The position numbers and the translations under genes are program-made. The notes beneath the pieces were generated by a model. The model was not told where the DNA came from. It worked only from the letters and a program-made list of their open reading frames with translations, and made no database searches. This document shows, one piece after another, positions 44,713-58,198 of a stretch of DNA of 64,000 bases (position 1 is its first letter; each line of letters opens with the position of its first letter). The stretch is from the human T2T-CHM13v2.0 reference genome, Homo sapiens, in assembly GCF_009914755.1 (NCBI RefSeq), contig NC_060936.1. One strand, written 5' to 3'.

Positions 44713-44778
44713 TTTTCAGGGCAATTCCAAGGGTTCCTGCTCTTCTAGTATTATAAGTAAGCCATATTTATCTCACAC

Positions 44779-45089
44779 TTTTTTTTTCTTTTTTCTTTCC
44801 TAAGACATAGGATCTTCCTCTGTCACCTGGGCTGGCATGCAGTGGCATGATCATAGCTCACTGTAACCTCAAACTTCTGGGCTCAAGCAATCCTCTGGCC
44901 TCAGCCTCTTGAGTAGCTGGGACTACAGGTGTGCACCACCATGTTGGCTAATTTTTATGTATTCATTTTTTTATGGATGGGGTCTCGCTATGTTGTCCAG
45001 GCTGGTCTCAAATTCCTGATCTCAAGGGATCCTCCTGCTTTGGCCTCTTGAGTAGCTGTGACTACAAGTGTGAGCCACCACATGAGGCT
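44779..45089 (-). mobile_element. AluJ
   Basis: gatcatagctcactgtaacctcaaacttctgggctcaagc; flanks atctcacacttt and atttcacacttt. Confidence 0.93.
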
Positions 45090-45314
45090 CATTTCACACT
45101 TTCGAATATGTACACCCTGTGATCAGTTAGAGCCCTCGGAATCGCTGCATCCACCCGGAAGGGGCAGGGATTCATAGGAGAGCCCCTTTTCACTGCTGGG
45201 TAGGATGAGGCTGTGCCCCAATATTGAAGGAGCACATTGAAACCCATCAGACCTAGAAATCAAGGTGCATCAGACAGCAGGAGATGGAAGTAGCTGAAAC
45301 CACTAGGTCTGGGG

Positions 45315-45518
45315 CAGGGGTTGGCAATCTTTTCTGTAAAGAAGCAAATAGTAAATATCTTAGTCACTTCAGGCCAGCAATCTCTGTGGCAACCATTCAA
45401 CTGTGTCACTGTGGCAAAACGCAGTCATGGGCATGGTTGCGTTCCAATAAAACTTCATTTACAAAAAACAGACAATAGGCCAGGTTTGGCCCCTGGGCCA
45501 TAGGTTTGCCAATCCCTG
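45315..45518. mobile_element. MER58A hAT-Charlie MITE
   Basis: TIRs caggggttggcaa and ttgccaatccctg; gttccaataaaacttcatttacaaaaa. Confidence 0.9.
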
Positions 45519-45539
45519 ATCTGGATTCAGATGGAAGGG

Positions 45540-45720
45540 TGGCGAAATCCCAGCTGTGTGTCCTTTCCTAAGTCACCTCACTTCTCTGAGCCTCAGTCTC
45601 CTTACATGCAAATTCAGAAAAATAATGGCACCAGCTTCACAGTGCTGCTGTAAGGACTGTTAAAGAGCTCAGCACCATTTCTGGAACTCAGCAAACCATG
45701 ATAAAAGTCAGCAATTACTC
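45540..45720 (+). mobile_element. MIR
   Basis: aagtcacctcacttctctgagcctcagtctcc. Confidence 0.75.
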
Positions 45721-45755
45721 ATGTCTGATCCAGACTGCGGAGATTTCAACCATGA

Positions 45756-46107
45756 TGCCATGGTCTGAATGTTTTTATCCCCCCAAAATTCATGTGTTGA
45801 AATATTAACCCCTAAAGTGATGGTATTAGGAGGTGAGGACTTTGGAACATGATTAGGTCATGAAGGTGGAACCCTCACGAATGAGATTAGTGCCTTTGTA
45901 AAAGAGGCCCCAGAGAGCTGCCTTGGCCCTTCTACCATGAGAAGACAACAAGAGGTGGCAGCCATGAACAAGGGAGCAGGCACCAAATCTATTGGTGCCT
46001 TGATCTTGGACTTCCCAGCCTCTAGAACTGTGAGAAATAAATGTTTGCTGTTTATAAGCCACTCAGTTTATAGTATTTTGTTATAACAGCCTTAATAGAA
46101 TAAGACA
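45756..46107 (+). mobile_element. MaLR solo LTR (MLT1A0-like)
   Basis: tgccatggtctgaatgttt...gatggtattaggaggtg...ggacttcccagcctctagaactgtgagaaataaa...taagaca. Confidence 0.92.
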
Positions 46108-46109
46108 AA

Positions 46110-46290
46110 TGGCTCCACCCCTTGCAAGCTGGGTGACCTTGGGCATATGATGTAACCTTCCTGTCCCTCAATTTCTTTCTCATATCTAATGTAGGGATAA
46201 TAATATTTGTGAGAACTAAATGAGACGAGAAATGCAAAGTACTTAGAAAAATGCATGTAAATGTGCTGAAAAGTTAGCTTGAATTATGTT
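46110..46290 (+). mobile_element. MIR
   Basis: gctgggtgaccttgggca...gggataataata...gtgagaactaaatgag. Confidence 0.75.
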
Positions 46291-47904
46291 TGCTATACTG
46301 TGATTATAAATTGTTATTTTATTATTATATTATACAATTCATCATACGGAAGGGATTGAACCAACAGAGTAAGGGAGAGAATCCCTTCTTCACCAGCAAA
46401 AATAAAAAATAAAAATAACAACAACAAAACAAGTACCATAAGGCCAGCCTTTCCCAAAGCCTCTTAAGACTTGAGCCTTTCGTCCAAGACATTAGCTGTA
46501 GAAATGTTTTTCTCTGCACCCACAAGGCAGCCCAGAGACATCAAACACAGAAACAAACTGAGCCGAAGCTGAATTGTGTTCATCTTCGTAGTGTAGTTTT
46601 GCCTCTGAATTCTTACTAAAGATGAAATACCACGTCTAGAACCTCCTTGGGAACTTTGAGACAAAGCCCTGTGACGGGGGATAAAAAACCGTCCTACTTT
46701 AACAAGCAGATGCTTTTTAGATGGTTTTAATCTTAGTTCTGCATTGGTTCCATCCTTTATTTAGTCTCCAAAATTTGCATCAGGCTGCCAAACACCAGTG
46801 ATGCCTCCACAAATACATTATCTTCTTTTACTAATATCTATACTAGGTCTATTCAGATGGGTGTTCTCCCAACACGCACAGAAGCCAACACAATTAACTT
46901 TCCTTAAAGGAAATTCAATCACCTTTGCAGAAAACAGTTCTTGAGCTCCTTCTCTGGGTTGATACAGCAACACACACACAGAAGTCCAAACAGCACTAAA
47001 GTAATTAAAGCAGCTGGGATTGATCGGGGTTCTGAATGACCTTTTGGTAACTTACCTACGCCTGCCATTTAGAGAAAGAATAATTTATGATGCAAGTCAA
47101 AGTGCAGAAAACCAAAGCAGACAGAGAGAATTCTGATTAGCCTTGGAAGGGTGAACTGTCAAGGAAGCGCCCCCCGGAGCCCCTCATGAAAACAGGGAAC
47201 AAAAGCAGTAAACGTCCAGGTTCGCCCAGACACAGGCGCCTGCGGTTCCTGGTGTGTGTCTGCTCCTCTGGCTCATAGAATCCAAGAATTTCAGGTTGGG
47301 AAGGCCTTAAAGGTCTAAGTGAGCCCACTCCTTTGACAAGTGAGGAAACTAAGGCTTAGAGGAGGGATTTATTCTAGGTCTCCTGCATGGCAAGTGGGAA
47401 GATTTTACCACTTCTTCGGGACAACTGTACTCAAACCAAAGGCAACTTCAACCCCTAAAATGCCCTTTATGTGTAAATTCCAAATAAATTTGCAATTAAA
47501 ATTACAAAATAACTTTGTAGAATACAAGCCCCATGAGAGCATGGATTTTTTTTTTCTGTTTTGTTTACTACTGTAACCTGAGCAGCTAGAATAATTGCTG
47601 GCACCTAGGAGACACTCAATATATTTTTGTGCAATAAGATTTTAGAATTAATTATCCCTGAACTCAAGAGGTGCATGGGTCAATACAGAGCTGAATAGGT
47701 TCTGTACCCAAAATGGTACCCATTTGAGAGGCCAACTCATGAAAACAAAAGATTTAGATGCTCAATGTATTTTACTGGCACTAAAGATTAGTCCACCACA
47801 GCCTCTCAATGAACAGTCCCTGCGATATGGATGACCACTAGTAAAGTCTATGCACCTGGGAGAAATGACTATATGGTTGGGACTTCCTATAATGCATTCC
47901 TACA

Positions 47905-48450
47905 AGTTTGCTACCTTTTCTATGCTGTTACTTCCACCTTGGAAACCCTTCACTCATCTCTGAATCTTAACACTTCATCCACACTTTAAACCTCAGCTCC
48001 TCTGCAGCCTCCTCCAGGAAGCTCTTTGCTTTCTCCTAGACAGAAGCAATCCCTCCCCTCCTTAATCTAACTCCCACACAGCCTTTAAATGGCACTTTGT
48101 CAAGGGGGCCTTGCCTGACCCTCTGGATGAGGTTAGATTTTCCTACTCCCTATACTGTTACTTGCATAACACTAATTATACTTTATTTATTGCCTGTCTT
48201 CCCCCATGAAACAGTATGCTTCATGAAGTCAGAGACTACATCTGTTGTATTTTGCCATTGTATCCCAGCACCCAAGATAGTGTCTTGTCCACAAGACATG
48301 AATAAATGAATGGATGGACAAATGGATATATGGATGGACAGATGGATCAATTAATACATAATTGAATGAATTAATCAGTGAATCAGTTAATGGAACAAAT
48401 AAATGAATAAATCCATTAATTAATGAACAAATCAGTGAATCAATGAACGA
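47905..48450 (+). mobile_element. L2 3' end with expanded (GAAT/GGAT)n tail
   Basis: cctcctccaggaagc...attgtatcccagcacc...gaataaatgaatggatgga. Confidence 0.7.
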
Positions 48451-48519
48451 ATCATGTATATGCTATTTACCCAATCTCTAATATGCTGTTGAATTTATTA
48501 ATATTTCTCCAAGATAGAA

Positions 48520-48740
48520 TAATACAGTGGTTGAAAGTGTGATTTCTACAGCCTGGCCAAATCTGGTCTCTCTGTACAGCCTGTGTGACCTTAGGCAAGC
48601 TACTTAACATCTCTCAACCTCAGTGAGAATGATCATACTGCCCATACTTTGTAGGACCGTAGGATTAAATGAGATAATATGTGTAAAGTGCTTTCTACAG
48701 TGGTCGGCACATAACAATTACTCAATGAATGTTAGCTTTC
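48520..48740 (+). mobile_element. MIR
   Basis: cagtggttgaaagtgt...tgtgtgaccttaggcaag...aggattaaatgagataatatgtgtaaagtgct. Confidence 0.85.
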
Positions 48741-48879
48741 ATTGCTCTGATGTTATCTTAGGGCAAGAATTGCCAAATTTATCTTGGTATAAGGCCCAGC
48801 ATCTAGCACAGTACATGTATTGGGCTCCCCAAAAAATATCAAATAAATAAATGGATATTTTAAGCCTCTCTGCCAGGAC

Positions 48880-49245
48880 ACCTCAAAATTGTGGGAATGT
48901 CAAATTTGCTCATGTCATAAAGGAATCTAAAAAGACATGACAGCTAAATGCAATACCTGATGCTGGACTGGATCCTAGAGGAATGCTGGGTCCATTTGCA
49001 AAGCTGAACTATAAATGGTAGATGAAAGTATTGCATCAATGTTAAGTTATCTGCAGTAGATAACCACGATGTGCTTACATTAGAGGCTATCTGTACTCTT
49101 AGGAAATACATGGAAAAACATAGATATAAAAAGCCATATCATATGCAACAAAATTATATATAAAAAGACTTGCAAATTGTGACATGAATGTGAGAGCCAC
49201 CTTGTATTACAGTTCTGGGTTTTCAAATAATAGTTGAAAAATCAA
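48880..49245 (+). mobile_element. L1MC-like 3' fragment
   Basis: agacatgacagctaaatgcaatacctgatgctggactggatcct...gtattgcatcaatgttaa. Confidence 0.7.
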
Positions 49246-49679
49246 AAATAATAGCTAAAGATAATAACAGAAAAGCAATCTTGGGAACTAAAGTAGGGAA
49301 TCGGCTGAGAAGCCTGCAGAGGAGACCAACACATGACTTCCATTGCTCCTTGATGGCAAACGTTACTAACGAATATGGCATCCTTTCTCAGTAAATCCAA
49401 ACACAGCCTCAGAACCCTTCTCAACGCAGCTACTACCTACCAAACAAAGTTGTTCTTCTGGATGAAACAGCCGGATGTGACCCCTACCAGAGATTTTTCT
49501 GTTCCAGTTGGAGACACATTAAGATTCAAAGCCCTTCTAATGAAGGCATTTCAGCTCTTGGAACAACTAAGTAGATAGTCTTCAAACTACAGCTCAAAGA
49601 TCTCTTTGATAATTTATCCCTACCAAAACTTAATATTGATTTTATTTTAGAGAAAGAAGGTGCTATGAGGTAGGAAGGG

Positions 49680-49680
<1 letters not shown>

Positions 49681-49706
<26 letters not shown>
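49681..49706. repeat. (TG)13 microsatellite, followed by a MIR to ~49860
   Basis: Direct reading. Confidence 0.95.
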
Positions 49707-49710
<4 letters not shown>

Positions 49711-51621
49711 AATACCAGCTCTGCCACCTTCCAACCTGAACACGTTGTCCTACATTCCTGCACCTCAATTTTCTCATCTGTGAAAAAGGGCTAACAACCC
49801 CCAGGCTTTTGTGAGAACCAGCAAAGTTCATGAATGTGAGCATCTTGTACCCTTTACAGATAAATTCTATGATTATTGTGATAATGATTATCAACATCAT
49901 CATAATCATCATCTTTCCCTTTTTTCTTCTTTGCAATTACCCGCAGCTAATGGAGTCCTGCTTCTCTTTAGAGGTTGAAGAGCCATCTCTGCCCAGAACA
50001 TTTCCAGCTTGGGTTTTTCAACAACCCACGGAGCTCTCCTGCCTTGAACTTGAATCATGCTGGAGTTTCGAGAGAGCAGTTACATGTCCATTTCCTTCAA
50101 TTATCAGTGAAAGATAAAGTGCCCTGGCTCTCGGCCCCAGATGCCACCTGGCCTGGCCCATCTAGGGTTTCCATTATGAGCCAAGGTAGAAAAACCGGGC
50201 CTGCAGGTTTATTCTCTGTCCCTGGCCCTCTAACTAATAGGACTTCAGCCACTCTCTTGAGCATAAAGCTTTCTCTCCGGGCAAAGCCAACCAATTTGAA
50301 TGGCACTCACGGCTCATGTCTGTATGTCATGAGCTCCTGAGTACTCCAAGGGGCCAGAGCAATAAATCTATTAGGTCTCCTTTGTCCCATCTTGTCGTGA
50401 ACTTCTAAGAAAAAGGCACTAAGAGGATCAGTACCCAGAAAACCTTCATAATTGTGGCTTCTACACGGCGAATGAGGACAATTACCAAGGCAACCGGCCA
50501 ATCATTCTGGTTAAGGGCAGAGAGAGTTTAGTCAAGAAGAGGCTCTTGCGAACTGTATTGCGCTGTAATCAGAGTAACCAACATTTTAAAAGGCCCTTGT
50601 GCAAAAACAGGAGGGATGGCAGGGAAGGGAAAAAGAAGAGGGGGGTAAATTAATTTCCTCTCATTTCCTGCCTGGTCCATTGATTGCGGTCCAAAGGCAA
50701 GATGATCTGCTGTACTCTTGCACCTGGGGCCACGGGAGCTGGCAGAGGAGCCGACAATGTTGTCTATCTTATGCCTGCATCTATTTATTTATCTTCCCCT
50801 CTAGGCTCAGCATCTGTAGCAGAGATCTCATGAAGAGTGAAAAAGTAAACATCTTTAAGGACAGTATAGAACCTCTTAAATTATCTTATAGTCCCTTGAG
50901 AAATAACAACACATCTGTCTTTATCCAGTCTTCCTTACCTTAGTTGCTGGTTTTGCCAGATCATTTTGTTACCCAAGTCATTTTGCTCATCAGAACGTCT
51001 CCTATGAAGTTATGTTGTAAATCAGGGTAATAAAAGGATAATTGGGGCATTGGGAGTACCCAAAACTCCAGACGCTTTTCCATTTTCAGGACTGTCAAGA
51101 TTCTGGTTGCAGACTGAGTTAAGGATCCGCATCTTCCTCCTGGGCTGTACAAGGCTCCTGGGAGGGTTGATTATTTTGGTGAGCGTTTGTCTTTGATTCA
51201 CAGGTCATAATCCTGTGTCTCTTGCCTTGGGTGCCAAGGACAGCAAAGCACTCAATAACCTGCCCTATGTTTGCTGAGCTTCCTGGTAGAATTAACAAAG
51301 CCATCCCGTAACACAGGAAGCTACTTTGTCCGTTAAGGAGTGCCATGTAACAGGAGGCATGAAAGGAGAGACATCCCCAACTGAAGAAATTCATCTATTC
51401 ACTCAACCAACACAGGCCAGGTGCTATTCTTCTAACATCAGACAGGAAATGATTTCCTTGGTTCTTTCCGACTACAAGAGCCTATGATTCTAGTTACGTT
51501 GGGATAACAGTAATGACAAGAATATTAGTAGTAATAATGAGGGCAATAGCTACAAGTGTATCGAACATTCACTAAGTGCCAGGCCATGTATATGACCTCT
51601 CTGAAGCCTCTAGGATATTGT

Positions 51622-52092
51622 TGTATAATTCAGGGTCCCAGCAGGAGACAGTTGGCACACTCAAAGGGTTTAATTAAGGAGAGTTTAATAAACACAGGTG
51701 TGGACAGGGCTAAAGGAACCACCAAGAGATATTGAAATTCCTGAGGGCCAGTAAAAGTGGGGAGCTGTTACCACTCTTGGCCAAAGAAAATATTGTTCTT
51801 GGACCATGGGAGAGGAGCCACCCCAACAGGAGCTGAGGTCAGCGAGGAAGAGAGCGTGACCTAAAACCACATCCAGCAGGAAGGAGCTATGGAAATAGGC
51901 TATTCCAGGCTTCTCTTCTGCCCTCTAATCTCACCAGTGAGTCCGTCGGCCAATCCCAAAAGCAAGCCAGAGGCTGAGGGAACCTGGTGATCAAGTCTGT
52001 GCAGGTCAGCTCCCCAAAGCACAGAGTTAGGTGAGAAGGGTGGAGAGTTGTTATGGGGGGCAGGGAGGGGCACAGAGAGAACAGCCGGCACA
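51622..52092 (-). mobile_element. ERVL LTR (LTR67B-like) inserted in a MIR (51510-52220)
   Basis: cagggtcccagcaggagacagttggcacactcaa...gagctgttaccac...gagaagggtggagag. Confidence 0.7.
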
Positions 52093-52325
52093 TCCATGTC
52101 CCCATTTCAAAGAGACAGGGAGTCCCGAGGCAGGAAAAACTAACCAAGGTCACCTCACTAGCAAGTGATGGCGTGAGAATTTCAGCGTGTATCTGCTAGA
52201 CCCTGAAGCTGTATCTAGGATGGGACCCAAGGCTTATAGCCGGATGACACTGAGGAAACTAACAAGCATGTGAGGGGTGGGACAGTGGTTCTCAACTGTA
52301 GAGAGGGCCAGGGTCATGAGGGAGC

Positions 52326-52424
52326 TTTTTATTTTAAATTTATCTTAGGTTCTGGGGTACATGTGCAGGATGTGCAGGTTTGTTACATAGGTAAACGTGT
52401 GCCATAGTGGTTTGCTGCACCTGT
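52326..52424 (-). mobile_element. ~100-bp L1PA 3' tip inserted in a MER5-like element (~52283-52500)
   Basis: ggggtacatgtgcaggatgtgcaggtttgttacataggtaaac; gggagctt on both flanks. Confidence 0.85.
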
Positions 52425-52552
52425 GAGCATCAAGGGGAGCTTATTAAAATGCAGACTCCCCAGGCCCTATATGCAAAGATTCTGAGAGAAAGGGGTGGGT
52501 GTCCCCGTGGCTACTGAAAAGCTCAGGTCCCATCTAAAGGGGACTAGGTTCT

Positions 52553-52850
52553 GGCCGGGCGTGGTGGCTCACGCCTGTAATCCCAGCATTTTTGGAGGCT
52601 GAGGTGGGTGGATCACCTGATGTCAGGAGTTTGATACCAGCCTGGCCAACACAGCAAAACCCTGTCTCTACTAAAAATCCAAAAAAATTAGCTGGGCATG
52701 GTGGTGTGTGCCTCTAATCCCAGCTACTCGGGAGGCTAAGGCGGGAGAAATGCTTGGGCCCGGGAGGCAGAGTTGCAGTGAGCCGAGATTGCCCCATTGC
52801 ACTCCAGCCTGGGTGACACAGTGAGACTAAAAAAAAAAAAAAAAAAAGAA
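52553..52850 (+). mobile_element. AluS
   Basis: Full dimer; TSD aaagg(g/a)gactaggttc. Confidence 0.95.
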
Positions 52851-52888
52851 TAAAGGAGACTAGGTTCCATCTAAAGCCACTGCTCAGC

Positions 52889-53237
<349 letters not shown>

Positions 53238-53866
53238 TCAGCTCCTCCAATTTTCCAAGAGAACCCCAAAAAAATCCAGATTCTTAGGTAGAATCTTCCC
53301 CTTTTTAAATGAAGGCAACTAATTCAATGAGCAGCACCAAAATAAAACAAAGCAAAATCATCACGGTGGGGGCCACCCAAAGCATATCTGAAGGGCACCA
53401 GTGTGCAAGTGTGCAGTCTTCCTTGCAGAGAAAGCCATTCGGCATTGTCAGGCCCTGGGAGAACGTCCCAGCAAAGAAGTCGGAAGAAACCTAAGCTCCT
53501 GTCCTGGCTCTGCAGCTGGCCCCCTGTATGTCCTTGGGTAACTCCTGTCCCCTCTTGAGACCCCAGTCTCCTCAGCTGTCTACCTGAGGGAATTGGAAGT
53601 TGACAATCTCAAAGGCCCTTTTCCAGAACTTTCATGATTTGCATGCTTTTCCCTCAGAAGGAAAGCCATTCAGTTGTATAGTCATTTCTGAGAAATTTCC
53701 ATCATGCCCTTCAAAAGCTGCTTGTCTCATTCGCTCCTACTGATAACGCATGCATGTCCCTTCTTAAAGGAGGAAAGAAGGTTAACCAAAGCCTATGGAA
53801 TAGCTATTTCTATTTCTAAAATCCTCTAAGGACAATATAGAGTCTCTTAAAGAATCTTCTAGGGTT

Positions 53867-54160
<294 letters not shown>

Positions 54161-54164
54161 TCTA

Positions 54165-54469
<305 letters not shown>

Positions 54470-54734
54470 AACCTTCTAGCCCCAGGAGAATAGAAATAAT
54501 GGTGCCACCTTCTGAATCCAGCTGACATCACCTTATTTGCTGGTTTAGCCAGAACATTTCATTATCTAAGTCATTGTACTCATCAGAATGTGCCCTAAAA
54601 ATTTATAGGAAGCATGTTGAAAATAAGGGTTATGTATGTAATTACTAATGTAACACTAACAATTTAATAAATAATGTGGTTATTAATGTAATACTAGTAA
54701 TAACATAATAACTAATATCATCTCTCAATGTTGT

Positions 54735-55002
54735 TCAAAGTGTACAAAATTTCATTTGGGAGGAGTAAGTTCAAGATATCTGTTATTACACAACATGGTG
54801 ACTGTAATTAACAACGTATTGTATTACCGAAAATCACTAAGAGAGCAGATTGTGTTTGCAGCACAAAATAATAAGTATGTGAGGTAATATACATGTTAAT
54901 TTGCTCAAGTTAGCCATTCTACACTGCATACACATTTCAAAACATCGTGTTGTAAACCATAAATATATACAATTTTTGTCAATTAAAAAATAAATAATTT
55001 TT
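54735..55002 (+). mobile_element. L1MA-type 3' end
   Basis: aggagtaagttcaagatatct...aagtatgtgaggtaat...ccataaatatatacaatttttgtcaattaaaa. Confidence 0.88.
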
Positions 55003-55479
55003 AAAATAACACTAACATGTAATATGACCAGATGATATTATGGCCAGAGGATTCAGGAATATTGGAATCCTGTCCCAGACCACATGAGGTCCCTGAGGGA
55101 ATGATATGCGTGGATGGACATGTGGAAGGTGGTCATAGACTCCTGTCATGCTCAACTCAAGTTAACAGGGCTGGGCCACCTAGAAAGAACCTTTGGTTAC
55201 AATAGCCTTAAGTCTATTGCAGACTCAAAGCCTTTTCTACTTGTTTCACTCCTTATACCCAAGTTCCAGAATCAAGGCCACTAAGGCAAGGATTCTTACG
55301 CCCCTCCCCTCCTGGGCCAACCCCACATCATTTCCCTCCTTTCCCATCTGGATCATCCCAACAGCCTTCTAATTGGGCCCCTTGTTCTTTTTCCTGAACT
55401 TTCTCTAAGGTTGTTAACTAATGCTTTACTTTCTGTTTTTAGATTTAACAAGTATATCACCCTTGAAACAAAAATAAAA

Positions 55480-55770
55480 GGCCAGGCATGGTGGCTCACA
55501 CTTGTAATCTCAGCACTTTGGGAGACTGAGGCAGGAGGATTGCTTGAGGCCATGAGTTTGAAACCAGCCTGGGCAACATAGGGAGATGGTGTCTCTAAAA
55601 ACAAAAATAAAAATAAAAATTATCCAGGCATGGTGGTGCACATATGTGGTTCCAGCTACTTGGGAGGCTGAGGTGAGAGGTTCACTTGAACCCAGGAGGT
55701 TGAGGCTGCAGTGAGCCAAGATTTAGCCACTGGACTCCAGCCTGAGTAACAGAGACTCTATCAAAAATAA
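55480..55770 (+). mobile_element. AluJ
   Basis: gaggattgcttgaggcca; ggttgaggctgcagtgagc. Confidence 0.93.
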
Positions 55771-56144
55771 GAAGAAGATGATCGCATACAAGGCAAGGAA
55801 ATTATAATATATATGCCAAGAATGATCTAATTATTCAAGTTTCCATAACTTAAAAGGTAGAATGTTCTAGAGAGGAAGGGAGGTAAACATAAAACAGAGG
55901 AGGTTTGAGTGGAATTCACTATAAAGGGACTGTAGCTGGGCTACATTTCCTGGAGAATCTCTGCTTCTAAATGGCCTCCTTCTTTTCACGTTGGTCCCCT
56001 GCATTCATTTTCTACAAAGCTGCCAGGGAGGTCATCTTAAAATCTAATTTAGACCACGTCATCCCCTGCCTCAAGCCTTCCAGTGACTTCCCATCACATT
56101 TAGAAAAAAAATTCAAACTCTTTCAAGACCCTAGTAATCTAGAC

Positions 56145-56368
56145 CAGGGATTGGCAAACTGTTTTCTGTAAAGGGCCAGATAGTACCTGTCTTCAGGTCT
56201 GTGGGTCACGCGGTGTCAGTGGCAGCTACTCAACTCTGCTGTTGCATCACAAAAACAGCCAAATACAATTCATAAATGAATGAACAGAGCGTTGTTCCAA
56301 TAAAATTTTATTTTCAAAAACAGGTGGCAGGCTGGATTGACCCGAGGAGCACTGGTTTGCTGACCCCG
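56145..56368. mobile_element. MER58A MITE
   Basis: cagggattggcaaactgttttctgtaaagggccagatag...gtttgctgaccccg; 8-bp flanks atctagac and atccagat. Confidence 0.9.
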
Positions 56369-56374
56369 ATCCAG

Positions 56375-56515
56375 ATTCTTGCTACTGAAAATGAGGTCCA
56401 GGGACCAGCTGCATCAATATCACCTGGATTTGTTGGAAATGCAGAGTCCCAGGCCTCCCCCTAGACCCTCTGAATTAGAGTCTGCATTTTAGCCAATCCT
56501 AGGCAATTTATAGGC
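56375..56515. mobile_element. MER5A-like fragment
   Basis: gaccagctgcatcaatatcacctgg...gaaatgcagagtcccaggcc...tctgcatttta. Confidence 0.8.
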
Positions 56516-57002
56516 CCAGATCCAAACTTTTGCTCTGACACCTAATCTAACCCCCTTCACTCTCTCCCCCTCTCTTTGTTCTTCTATCCAGGGCCGCTTG
56601 CCTCAAGCTTCCCCTGTGGCTGGTTCCATTTCCAGCAGAGCTTTTATCACTAATTATCTTGCTAAATCTTTTGCTTACTTGTCAATGGTTTGACTCTCCC
56701 TGCTAAAAAACAGAAGCTCTGAAGCCAGGGACCCTAACCGACCTGCTCACTGTTGCATTCTCAGCGTCTTAGAACAGTGACTGATGTAAGCTGGTTCTCA
56801 AGAAGTATTTGTTGAGCCAAAGATAAACAAAAGCAGAAAGCAGAGAATTCTTCCCCCCCCCCCCCGCACCCAAAGAAAGGAGTGTAGAGCTGTGTAAAGA
56901 GGAAGGAAAAGAAAGAATTCTAAGAGCCAAGTCTAAGCACCACCCCTGGTCACAGGGTCTGGGTTCTTCTAAAAACACCATAGCCACTGATGTCCTAATC
57001 CC

Positions 57003-57495
57003 TGTGGAAGACTCTGGAAATCACAGTTGCAGTCGTTTGTAAGCTCCTTCTGTCAAAACAGAGTCTATAACCCCACCGCTTGAATCTGGGCTTGCCTTGT
57101 GACTTGCTTTGACTAATAGAAAATGGTGGAAATGGCATTGAGTAAATTCCAGAATCTGGGTATTAAGAAATTTTCAGCTCCCACTTCTATTGAAACCCAG
57201 GCACCATGCTGTCAGGAAGCTGATCTAGACCACTGGAGGAAGTGGGGCCACATGAAGAACTGAGGCCCCAGCCAAGAGCCAGAACCAACTATTAGATGTG
57301 TGAGGAAAGCGGCCTTGGACATCCCAGCCTCAGTCACACCTCCAGCTGAATGCAGCCACAAGAGTGGCCCCAGCCAACACCACACAGAACAGAAACGAAC
57401 GTTCTCTGCTGAGCCCTGTGCAAATCACAAAATTGTGAGCAAATAAATGGTTGTTGTTAAAGACGTGATCCTGTTATAACAAAAGATGATTGAAG
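57003..57495 (+). mobile_element. MaLR LTR (MLT1G/H-like)
   Basis: cttgaatctgggcttgccttgtgacttgctttgactaatagaa...ccagctgaatgcagcc...gtgagcaaataaatggttg. Confidence 0.8.
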
Positions 57496-57734
57496 TAATT
57501 CTCTTTAAATATCCATGTCCAAGAAAGATTTCTCCCATCAATGTACTGGAAACTGATTCATGCAAATTGGTGATTCTTATCCCTGGAGTGGGGGAAAGGA
57601 AAATGTGGGGGATGGAAGGAGACGTCTTCCCCTAGAAGGGGAGAGAAAGGACCAAATCTTTTTCACCCTTGAGAGTCCTGATGTGTGAGGATGACTCTTG
57701 TACATACAGCAAAAGCAGCTCACGTGAATTGTGG

Positions 57735-58190
57735 GGTTTTTTAATTGTAAAATACATATAAAAATTAGCATTTTAACTATTTTAAAGTGCGCATTTCGGT
57801 GGCATTGAATGCATTCACAACGTTGTGCACTCATCACTACTGTCTAGTTCCAGAGCTTCTCACCCCTCCACCCCCACTCCCCCAGCCCCTGGCAACCACC
57901 AATCTGCTTTCTGTCTCTATAGATTTACCTGTTCTGGACATTTCATATAAATAGAATCCTATGATATACAGCCTGTCTCATCTGGCTTCTTGCATTTAGC
58001 ATAATATTTTCAAGGGTGATCCATGTTGTAGCATGGGTCAGGACTTCATTTATTTTTATGGCTGAATAATATCACTCTATGGATACACAACGCTTTGTTG
58101 ACCCAACCATCAGTTGACAGGTATTTGGGTTACGCTCACCTTGCAGCTATGATGAATAATGCTGCTATGAAGACTCTCACACAAGTTTTG
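57735..58190 (-). mobile_element. L1MB-type 3' end
   Basis: ccccagcccctggcaaccaccaatctgctttctgtctctatagatttacctgttctggacatttcatataaat. Confidence 0.9.
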
Positions 58191-58198
58191 ATCTAATC

